Source of the DNA: Candidatus Saccharimonadota bacterium
Lineage (GTDB): Bacteria > Patescibacteriota > Saccharimonadia > Saccharimonadales > Saccharimonadaceae
Length of the DNA stretch: 64,000 nucleotides
Direction of reading: 5' to 3'
Assembly (NCBI GenBank): GCA_017460625.1
Contig: JAFUAT010000003.1
Coordinates: 222 to 64,221, forward strand
In this document: positions 17,216 through 24,784 of the stretch, piece after piece
Layout: each line of letters starts with the position of its first letter
Numbering within the stretch: the stretch's first letter is position 1
Made by a program: the position numbers and the translations under genes
Notes under the pieces: generated by a model
Database searches by the model: none
What the model was told of the DNA's origin: nothing
What the model saw: only the letters and a program-made list of their open reading frames with translations

Positions 17216-17295
17216 AGTATAAGTATAGCATATATTTGCACTTTTTCGCTGTGAGACAACATATAAAAGATGCAAATATATGTTATACTGGTATT

Positions 17296-18066
17296 ATGAA
17301 AAGTTATATTGTGGGTAATTGGAAATTAAACTTTAATGTGGGGGAAGCGTCGATTTATTTGCATAAATTGCAGAAAAAAATCCCTAATTATAGAGATGTG
17401 GAAGTGGTAGTAGCTCCTACGGCTCTATGTCTTCAGCCTTTATCTTTACAACTTGATCGTACGAAGATAAAACTTGCAGCGCAGAATGCTTTTTATAATG
17501 ATTTTGGTGCTTATACTGGGGAAATATCTTTTGCAGAACTGAATGGGCTAGTGAATTATTGTATTATTGGTCATTCTGAAAGACGTTATATTTTTCATGA
17601 AGATGATAAGATGATTGCGAAGAAGGTAGCAGCTTGTATTAGGAATAAAATTACACCGATTTTATGTATTGGCGAAATTGAAAGTGAAAGAGCATTTGGG
17701 GAAACGAAGGATGTGATTCATGATCAATTGGTTGGCGGACTTTCTGAAGTGAGCGCTGAAGATATTGATAAAGTGATAGTTGCCTATGAGCCAGTTTGGG
17801 CAATTTCTTCGACAAAAGATGCTAAACCGGCAACACCTGATGAAATCGCTGAAGTAGTGGAAATGATACGTCAGAATTTGAAGGAGATATACGGGGCAAA
17901 AACGGCGGATGCGGTGCCAGTGCTATTTGGTGGAAGCGTAAAGCCGACTAATGCGGGCGCGTATTTGACCGTGCCTGGAATAAGTGGACTTTTAATTGGC
18001 GGTGCGAGCTTGATACTTGAACAATTTACTGATATAATTGAAACAGCAAAGAGAGTAAGCAAATAA
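17296..18066 (+). CDS. tpiA: Triosephosphate isomerase
   Basis: VGNWKLN, IGHSERR, AYEPVWAI, FGGSVKP, LIGGASL. Confidence 0.97.
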   Translation: MKSYIVGNWKLNFNVGEASIYLHKLQKKIPNYRDVEVVVAPTALCLQPLSLQLDRTKIKLAAQNAFYNDFGAYTGEISFAELNGLVNYCIIGHSERRYIFHEDDKMIAKKVAACIRNKITPILCIGEIESERAFGETKDVIHDQLVGGLSEVSAEDIDKVIVAYEPVWAISSTKDAKPATPDEIAEVVEMIRQNLKEIYGAKTADAVPVLFGGSVKPTNAGAYLTVPGISGLLIGGASLILEQFTDIIETAKRVSK

Positions 18067-18072
18067 GATTTT

Positions 18073-18597
18073 ATGAACAAACGCTACATTGATTTTGTGC
18101 CGGTAAGTGGAAAGGCTGATGGTTCGGTGAAGCCTAAGGTTGCCGTGCCAGTTAGGCCTAGGGCTGTTAAAAGTGCGCCTAAGGTTGCTACTTCTAAGGC
18201 CGCTACTTCTAAGGCCGCTACTTCTAAGGCCGCTACTTCTAAGGTTGCTACTTCTAAGGTTGCTGCGCCTAAGGTCACTGCGCCAGCAAAAAGGCCGGCT
18301 ATTAAACCGACTAGCACTAGGAGAGAACGGACATCAACTCCTAAATATGGTGTGATTGAAGATTATGAACCAAAAGCACGATTCATAAATACGGATAAAA
18401 TTGTTAAGCGACCACTTTCTAGAAGTGTGGCACCGAAGAAACCAGTAGTAGTACCAGAAAAAGAGATTTCTGATCCGGCAAGAATTATTGCAAAACCGGA
18501 AAAGGACTCAAAGGCAGGGCTAATTATTGCGGTGATTTTGACCATAATACTTGGTGCAGCGGCAGGTACGGTGGCGTTTTTGCTACTTCCGAAGTAG
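18073..18597 (+). CDS. Basic K/A/P-rich protein with C-terminal TM anchor
   Basis: (V/A)ATSK repeats; terminal hydrophobic helix. Confidence 0.7.
   Translation: MNKRYIDFVPVSGKADGSVKPKVAVPVRPRAVKSAPKVATSKAATSKAATSKAATSKVATSKVAAPKVTAPAKRPAIKPTSTRRERTSTPKYGVIEDYEPKARFINTDKIVKRPLSRSVAPKKPVVVPEKEISDPARIIAKPEKDSKAGLIIAVILTIILGAAAGTVAFLLLPK
18181..18285 (+). repeat. 15-bp in-frame tandem repeat (5 near-perfect and 2 degenerate units)
   Basis: aagg(tt/cc)gctacttct units start at 18181, 18196, 18211, 18226 and 18241. Confidence 0.92.
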
Positions 18598-18627
18598 TTT
18601 GATTTAACGATGAATCAAGGAGGTGAA

Positions 18628-18963
18628 ATGATTCAAAAAAATCCGTTTCTCAAATATATGATGAAAGACAAAAAAGAAGACGTTTTTCACTCTTCAGCTT
18701 ATGCGAAAGTGCAAAATGGTGCCGGAATTGGTGCAGCTTCAACCGAGAGTTATCGAGTGAGGGTAAATATTGATAGAAATCGTCAAGTTGTTAGGGGCTA
18801 TAAGGATTCAAAAATCATAAATGATAGTAAAAATCAAATTCAGAAGGCGAAAACTTATGATGCGGCGAGTGATTTGATGAATAAAGATTTGAGTGGTGGT
18901 ATAGATAAGAACGATAGTAGCTCGGTAGCAACTAAGCGAGCAATGATGGCGGCAAAAAAATAG
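18628..18963 (+). CDS. Hypothetical protein
   Basis: ORF with AGGAGGTG Shine-Dalgarno at 18618-18625. Confidence 0.6.
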   Translation: MIQKNPFLKYMMKDKKEDVFHSSAYAKVQNGAGIGAASTESYRVRVNIDRNRQVVRGYKDSKIINDSKNQIQKAKTYDAASDLMNKDLSGGIDKNDSSSVATKRAMMAAKK

Positions 18964-18964
18964 C

Positions 18965-18993
18965 AAAAAAATGGTGCGAGTGGAGGGAGTCGA
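18965..18993 (-). repeat. 29-bp duplicate of the tRNA-Gly 3' end (att-like)
   Basis: aaaaaaatggtgcgagtggagggagtcga is identical at 18965-18993 and 19032-19060. Confidence 0.9.
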
Positions 18994-19038
18994 TTGGTAC
19001 AAAGACTCCTGTTTTTTTTGATGCTTTTTGTAAAAAAA

Positions 19039-19113
19039 TGGTGCGAGTGGAGGGAGTCGAACCCTCATCCCAAGTTTGGAAAACTTGTATACTAACCGCT
19101 GTACTACACTCGC
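19039..19113 (-). tRNA. tRNA-Gly (TCC)
   Basis: GCGAGTG acceptor, CAAGT-TTTCCAA-ACTTG anticodon arm, GTTCGA T-loop, encoded CCA. Confidence 0.96.
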
Positions 19114-19115
19114 AC

Positions 19116-19193
19116 TGGGGTGGGATATCGGGATCGAACCGACGACCTTCTGGACCACAATCAGACGCTCTAACCATCTGAGCTAATCCCACC
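19116..19193 (-). tRNA. tRNA-His (GTG) with G-1
   Basis: GGTGGGATTAGCTCAG...TTGTGGT loop...GTTCGA...CCCACCCCA. Confidence 0.95.
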
Positions 19194-19212
19194 AAATTGT
19201 AAAGGTAATTTG

Positions 19213-19241
19213 ATTATACAACAGAAATTTAAAAATTTCAA
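19213..19241 (-). promoter_or_regulatory. Promoter of the tRNA-His/tRNA-Gly pair
   Basis: Minus strand TTGAAA, 17 bp, TATAAT. Confidence 0.75.
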
Positions 19242-19284
19242 TACAGGGAAAACTTGGTTTGATACTTAAATAATGGTGTAACCA

Positions 19285-19313
19285 TTGACATTTTGAGTAA
19301 AGTGTGATATAAT
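19285..19313 (+). promoter_or_regulatory. Consensus sigma70 promoter
   Basis: TTGACA, 17 bp, TATAAT with an extended TG. Confidence 0.85.
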
Positions 19314-19369
19314 GAAGATAGTAACTTAAAAACGGCCGTTTTTTCTACATACGAAAGGGGGAAAAGAAA

Positions 19370-19903
19370 ATGGCAAAGAAAAAAGCACGCGAGGAACTGT
19401 TAAAAAAGATCGCTGAATATCGTCGGGAAGCAAGAAGACAACTTTCTGACGAGGAAGAGTTTGAAAAAGAACTCGATGAGGCGGTTAACAATGCTGAAGA
19501 GGAGCCTGCAAAGGAAGCAGTAAAGCCTAAGAAGCAGGAGCCTGCAAAACAGGAACCCGCAAAAAAGGAGCCGAAGCCGAAACAGGAACCCGTAAAACAG
19601 GAACCGAAGAAACAGGAGCCTGCAAAGCCGGAACCGAAGAAGCCGGAACCGAAGCAGGAACCTGTACCCGCAGTTCAGCCTGTAGTTCAGCCCGTATCAG
19701 TGATGGATGCGTTTATGCATCCGGACGGACCTGGTAAGGCTTATTGCTATTACGATTTCGACGATTGTGGGTATCATTTGATATCCGATATATGGGCAGT
19801 ACAAATGCTTTCTTCCCGTTGGATGCCCGTTTGGGTATATTACAAAGACGGAAGGATTGATCACGTCCTTACAAAGGACGAAATCAAAAAGTACATTAAA
19901 TAA
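19370..19903 (+). CDS. Hypothetical protein with K/Q/E/P pentapeptide repeats
   Basis: KKQEP/AKQEP/PKQEP repeats; SD GAAAGGGGG; own promoter and terminator. Confidence 0.75.
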   Translation: MAKKKAREELLKKIAEYRREARRQLSDEEEFEKELDEAVNNAEEEPAKEAVKPKKQEPAKQEPAKKEPKPKQEPVKQEPKKQEPAKPEPKKPEPKQEPVPAVQPVVQPVSVMDAFMHPDGPGKAYCYYDFDDCGYHLISDIWAVQMLSSRWMPVWVYYKDGRIDHVLTKDEIKKYIK

Positions 19904-19913
19904 GTTACTCTAG

Positions 19914-19938
19914 CCCCGGCTACACAGCCGGGGTTTTT
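19914..19938 (+). terminator. Intrinsic terminator
   Basis: ccccggct-acac-agccgggg followed by TTTTT. Confidence 0.85.
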
Positions 19939-20189
19939 CCTGCTTTAAAATATTATTGCCATAAGCGGAAAAGTATTATATATATATTGACAAAATTGCT
20001 TATGTGTGCTATAATGAAAGTAGTCTGAGTTTTGGGTAAAGTTTATCAAAACGAGAAGGCCCTTAACAACCGAATCATCTCAGGTTTCAAATGAAACCTG
20101 TTGCCTATATATGATGTTCCAACGTCCCAATGTTACTTTTAAACACGGGGGCGTGAGCGCTCCCAGATTTTCACTACGGAGGTAGAAAA

Positions 20190-20729
20190 ATGAACGTATT
20201 GAATGTTGTTTTTTCAATCATTTATGGAGTAGTAATTGCTGCTCTATCTTTTTACATCTCTTCAAGATTTGAGGAGTCGAAGTTTCGGACTATTACTACG
20301 ATGATTGCTATTGGTGGTGCCGGGTTACTTGTTAACCTGTTTTCATCTATAGTGCCAATTGCGGTAGCAATGGTGCTGGCTGCAGTAGTACTTGCTTTTA
20401 TGGGATATTTGATATTTTGGTTTGCAAAAAACGGTTCTTCGGCAATCGAAGTGCTGGCATTTACCGTAATGTCATTTTTACTCAGTTTAGTTGGTAAAGC
20501 TGCAGCTGTAAGATGTATCGATACGCTATGGCCAAGGCCAATTGTAGGGCTAATTATTGCGGCTCTTCCGACGGCACTGTTTATAGTTTCCGTTGGAATC
20601 TATATTGCTTCTGCTCTATGGTTTAGAGCAGAAATGGAAGAGATAGAAGAATTTTGTGATGACGATGAAGATGAAGAGTATGACGACGAAGAAGGGGGTG
20701 AATTTAATGAAGCAACTTGCGAAGCATAA
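20190..20729 (+). CDS. Multi-pass membrane protein with acidic C-terminal tail
   Basis: About 5 TM helices; SD GGAGGT; promoter TTGACA(19987)-17-TATAAT(20010). Confidence 0.75.
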   Translation: MNVLNVVFSIIYGVVIAALSFYISSRFEESKFRTITTMIAIGGAGLLVNLFSSIVPIAVAMVLAAVVLAFMGYLIFWFAKNGSSAIEVLAFTVMSFLLSLVGKAAAVRCIDTLWPRPIVGLIIAALPTALFIVSVGIYIASALWFRAEMEEIEEFCDDDEDEEYDDEEGGEFNEATCEA

Positions 20730-22179
20730 GCTACATAAGATTTTGGGATGGATTGCTATAATTACGGCCTCCATTCTGGCGGTATTGACAATAATCGTAT
20801 CTATCGTCAATCCAATCGAAACTAATGCTGTTTTTGACTCAGAAAAGAGTGAGACAGCCGAGACGCAAGAAGAGCTAAACATGCAGATGGAGCAGATAAA
20901 GCAGGAATCTGCTAATGCTACAACTGAAGAAGTGACAGAAGAATCTGAAGAAGTAACAACAGAAGAAGTTGTTTCTGAAGCTAAAACTTCTGAAGAACAA
21001 ACTGTGGAGTACGAATGGCATTTCTATAATTCTGAACTCCAGAACGATGGAGACGCCAAAAACGACTATAACTTTGGGCCAAACCCGATTTATGAGAATC
21101 TTTCACTTGAAAAGGTGAAGGAAGCTATAAAAGGAAAAAGCCCAAATGCTTCTATCAAAGTTTCAGACATTATATCTGCAGCCGATGCAGAAGCAATCAA
21201 CGCCGACTTCAAAGCTAGGCGTCGGGAAGATCCGGCACTTGGCACTACAAGTATGGCATGGTTTGACTCCATCATGGGGACTCGGTATCTCGGAGTCTTT
21301 TACGATGAATGCGACCATGAATGGGATGCAACAATGAATATGGCAAAAGAGAAATTCATTGCTGATCAAGAGTATTACTATAATACACTTGATGCATTTG
21401 AAGCCATGCTGGATTCTGCAGAAATCGAAATACGATATGTGAAATCTGGCCTAACAGACCAGATGTATATGAACCCGTACACTGTGGATAATATCCCTGA
21501 CATAATCGTCATGGATACCACAAATCATGATGGATGGTTTATAGTTTATAAACCTACTATTAAGGAAACTACGACCAAGGAAATCATGTACAGAATCGAT
21601 TGTGGCTACCAGCCTACAAATGTGGCTAAGACTATGAATATAAGATCAAGGCCGAATCCAAATAATGGCGGCGGTAGCACTACAAAGAAGACGCAGGCGC
21701 AGCAGACGCAGACACAACAGACGCAGCAGCAAACTACAACTACCAATACGAATAACGGTGGTGGAAGTAGTACTACTGGTGGAAGTGATCCTGGTGATAA
21801 GAACAAACCTAAGCAAGATCCTTACAATAAGGATAAAACGCAAGGGTCGCAAGTACTTCCAAATGATGTCACTGGTCCTGGAGAGGACACGAATACCGGA
21901 AAAGGTAGTCAGTATTCCAGTAAGGATAAAATTGGCAATTCAAACGATTTAACATATCAGGAATATACTGATGTGATAAAGGATCTCGAAGATGCTAACA
22001 AATCAAGAGAAGCTGGTGATCCGAATACTCCTACATCGCAGGCACCTGCTGACACAACGGTACACTCAAATGCTGAAAATGGCACTGGTTATGGTGGTAT
22101 TGATGCACCAACAAACGTTAGTGACAGTTCTGTAAGCAATGATTCTCCGGGAGTTCATTGGGACGAACCCTCGGATTAA
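20707..22179 (+). CDS. Membrane-anchored extracellular protein with T/Q/N/G-rich C-terminal half
   Basis: N-terminal TM, acidic linker, globular core, low-complexity tail; SD GGGGGTG before ATG 20707. Confidence 0.75.
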   Translation: MKQLAKHKLHKILGWIAIITASILAVLTIIVSIVNPIETNAVFDSEKSETAETQEELNMQMEQIKQESANATTEEVTEESEEVTTEEVVSEAKTSEEQTVEYEWHFYNSELQNDGDAKNDYNFGPNPIYENLSLEKVKEAIKGKSPNASIKVSDIISAADAEAINADFKARRREDPALGTTSMAWFDSIMGTRYLGVFYDECDHEWDATMNMAKEKFIADQEYYYNTLDAFEAMLDSAEIEIRYVKSGLTDQMYMNPYTVDNIPDIIVMDTTNHDGWFIVYKPTIKETTTKEIMYRIDCGYQPTNVAKTMNIRSRPNPNNGGGSTTKKTQAQQTQTQQTQQQTTTTNTNNGGGSSTTGGSDPGDKNKPKQDPYNKDKTQGSQVLPNDVTGPGEDTNTGKGSQYSSKDKIGNSNDLTYQEYTDVIKDLEDANKSREAGDPNTPTSQAPADTTVHSNAENGTGYGGIDAPTNVSDSSVSNDSPGVHWDEPSD

Positions 22180-22414
22180 TCATATATAGGCAAAAAACGG
22201 TGGGGCTTCTTAGAAGCGATTTTAGACGATAGTCTAAGTACTTTATTTGCTCGGCAGCTTTTAGCTGCCGAGCCCTACCCAAGATTTGAAGTTTGAGATG
22301 ATTCGGTTGTGAAACTAGATGGATTTTAACAATTCGGCTAGCAAATTTAAGAGTTTTTCTGTTTTGATTCAAAGCTCTATTTAATATTAAATTTATTATT
22401 TCTGAAAGGACAAC

Positions 22415-23692
22415 ATGAATAAATTTACTAAATCTATACTTTCGGTATCCGCTGCGGCTATCGTGGCCGGTGTATCGATGTATCCAGCTGTAGTGAATGC
22501 GTGGGGCGATTCTAATAACGGTCGCAATGCTTACACTATTTCACAGATTAATGCTGGTAAAATGGGTAACAAAATTACCTTTAACTCCATTACTGATGGT
22601 AAAATCGGTGATGAACGTAACTTCGTTGGCGCTAAACTTACTAATGGTAACGCTAGTGTTTATAATGCAAACGAAATTAACGTAACTGACGGTCAAGTTT
22701 ACACTATCCGTCTTTATGTTCACAACAACAACCCACAGGGTACAAAAGCTGTGGCTAAGGATGTTTCTGTGAACTTTTCTTTGCCTACTGTAGTTGGTAA
22801 AGAACAAACTGTGATTGGTTATTTGAACTCTTCAAATGCTAATCCAACTCGTTATTGGGATGAAGTAACTCTCAAATCTAATGAGGATTTTTATATTGAA
22901 TATGTACCAGGCTCTGCAAAATATACTAACACTCAAGGTACTTTTGCTTTGGCTGACAATGTAATTAATGACAATGTAAAAATTGGTTTTAAGACTATGA
23001 ATGGTGAAATTCCTGGCTGTTATGAATATGATGGCGAGGCAACTATCCAGGTAAAGGTTCATAGTTCTGTAACTGCTAAGCTTGCTAAAACCGTTCGTGT
23101 GAAAGGTTCTGGCGCTGCATTTACTGAAAGTGTAAATGCTAAGGTTGGTGACGAAGTAGAATTTCAAATTGAATACGAAAACCTACTTGGTGATACTGTA
23201 AAAGACGTGATGATTCGCGATATTTTACCAAACAACCTTGAATATGTAGCAAACTCTACATATCTATACAACTCTAACTATCAAAATGGTAAACTTTTGC
23301 CAGAAAATACTGTTACAACTTCTGGTCTTAACATTGGTAGCTACAATTCTAAGGGCAACGCTTACGTTCGCTTTACTGCGAAGGTTGTAGATAAATCCCT
23401 TGCTTGTGGTAACAACCAACTTGTTAACTGGGCTTCTTCTACAGTTGCTTCTAAAGTAACTAAAGATGATGCGTCTGTAATGGTGACTAAAACTGGTGGT
23501 ACTTGTGAGAATAAGACTACTCCTACAACTCCTACCACTCCTACCACTCCTACAACTCCTACAACAGTTGTAACTGGTACTCCTTCTACAATTGTATCTA
23601 CTGGTCCTGAAGGCATTGTAATGGGTGCTCTTTCTGCCGGTGGTCTTACCACTTTGGTTGGTTATGCAGTTGCTAGCCGGAAGAAATTCTAA
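22415..23692 (+). CDS. Secreted surface protein with DUF11-like Ig repeat, PTT linker and C-terminal sorting signal
   Basis: Signal peptide; VGDEVEFQIEYEN..V.IRDILPNNLEYV; (PTT)n; VSTGPEG-TM-RKKF. Confidence 0.8.
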   Translation: MNKFTKSILSVSAAAIVAGVSMYPAVVNAWGDSNNGRNAYTISQINAGKMGNKITFNSITDGKIGDERNFVGAKLTNGNASVYNANEINVTDGQVYTIRLYVHNNNPQGTKAVAKDVSVNFSLPTVVGKEQTVIGYLNSSNANPTRYWDEVTLKSNEDFYIEYVPGSAKYTNTQGTFALADNVINDNVKIGFKTMNGEIPGCYEYDGEATIQVKVHSSVTAKLAKTVRVKGSGAAFTESVNAKVGDEVEFQIEYENLLGDTVKDVMIRDILPNNLEYVANSTYLYNSNYQNGKLLPENTVTTSGLNIGSYNSKGNAYVRFTAKVVDKSLACGNNQLVNWASSTVASKVTKDDASVMVTKTGGTCENKTTPTTPTTPTTPTTPTTVVTGTPSTIVSTGPEGIVMGALSAGGLTTLVGYAVASRKKF

Positions 23693-23729
23693 GTTTATTG
23701 GCCGCTTCTAGCACAAGGACTCAGATGAT

Positions 23730-23764
23730 AACGAACCCCGCTTCAAAACGGGGTTCGTTTTTTT
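23730..23764 (+). terminator. Intrinsic terminator
   Basis: aacgaaccccg-cttcaaaa-cggggttcgtt followed by a T-run. Confidence 0.9.
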
Positions 23765-23854
23765 GTGGTCTCTATGTGGGTGTTTGGTTATGTGGGTGTT
23801 TGGTGGGATTTTTGTTTTTTAAAAAAATGATTGTGCTTATGATATAATGGTTTT

Positions 23855-24784
23855 ATGGATCCGTTAGCTAATGGTGGAATTTATAGTGGCGGGAATGCGC
23901 CTACTGGTTCTGTTGGACCGATTGGTTCTGCTGGAACTGGATCGCGTCCGAACGCTCCGATAGTTACTCCGCCGGATATTCAGATTAATTCTGGTATGTC
24001 ACTTGATAAAAAGCCAAAAAAAGGTTTGATTATTGGTGGGATTTTGGCGGTAGTGCTTTTGATTGTGGCTGTGATTTTTGGTGTGATGTCTATGAATCGT
24101 AGTGGTGGAAATGGTGGTGGTAGTGCGGATTTTGGTTATAATCAATTTTTAATTTATGCGAACTATCTTTTAAATGGAAGTGAAAATACTGCAGCAATTG
24201 GAAATTATGATGAGGATGCGGATTATACAGTAGTGGATGCGTATTTTGATGAAGATAAAGAATATATGGAAACGTTAAAAGGATTGTGGGATAATTTTTA
24301 TAATAAATTTATGGCGAGTGAAAAGGCAGGGCAAAAGAGTCCGGTACTTTCTGCGGTGGAATATCAAAACGAATTAATGGATTTTATAAGCAAAAATTCG
24401 ACAATAATTGAATATGATGACGAAGAATTGATGAAATTATATGCTAGTGTTGGACTTGAAGAAGCCGGCAAGCAGGTAGAAAATAGATATAATACGATTC
24501 TTACTTCGATTTATCCTTCTGGGAGACAATATGCGATGTCTCTTATTAATAATGCTAAAGCAGGACTAAAATTATATTCGGATTATGATGGGCTAGGTTG
24601 TTTTGTGAACGGAGCTATTGATGATGTTTGTATCGAGAGAAATGCAGAAGCGGCTAACAGAGCGTATTCTGAATATGTCAATAATGAAGAAGCGGAAGTC
24701 CGTAGTGGATTAGTCGATGAAGCGGTTGATATGTTGATTGATAACTGTTTTTCTATAGATGATGAGCTTGGAGGTGGGCGATGA
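23855..24784 (+). CDS. Hypothetical single-pass membrane protein
   Basis: One TM segment after a G/P-rich N-terminus; overlaps the next start codon. Confidence 0.7.
   Translation: MDPLANGGIYSGGNAPTGSVGPIGSAGTGSRPNAPIVTPPDIQINSGMSLDKKPKKGLIIGGILAVVLLIVAVIFGVMSMNRSGGNGGGSADFGYNQFLIYANYLLNGSENTAAIGNYDEDADYTVVDAYFDEDKEYMETLKGLWDNFYNKFMASEKAGQKSPVLSAVEYQNELMDFISKNSTIIEYDDEELMKLYASVGLEEAGKQVENRYNTILTSIYPSGRQYAMSLINNAKAGLKLYSDYDGLGCFVNGAIDDVCIERNAEAANRAYSEYVNNEEAEVRSGLVDEAVDMLIDNCFSIDDELGGGR

Noticed and set aside
19155-19170. A31:C39 mismatch in the tRNA-His anticodon stem
   Set aside because: A single mismatch at the loop-closing pair is tolerated in tRNAs; all other elements are canonical.
23773-23804. 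Two tandem copies of tatgtgggtgtttggt
   Set aside because: Only two units right after a terminator; most likely a slippage duplication with no evidence of function.
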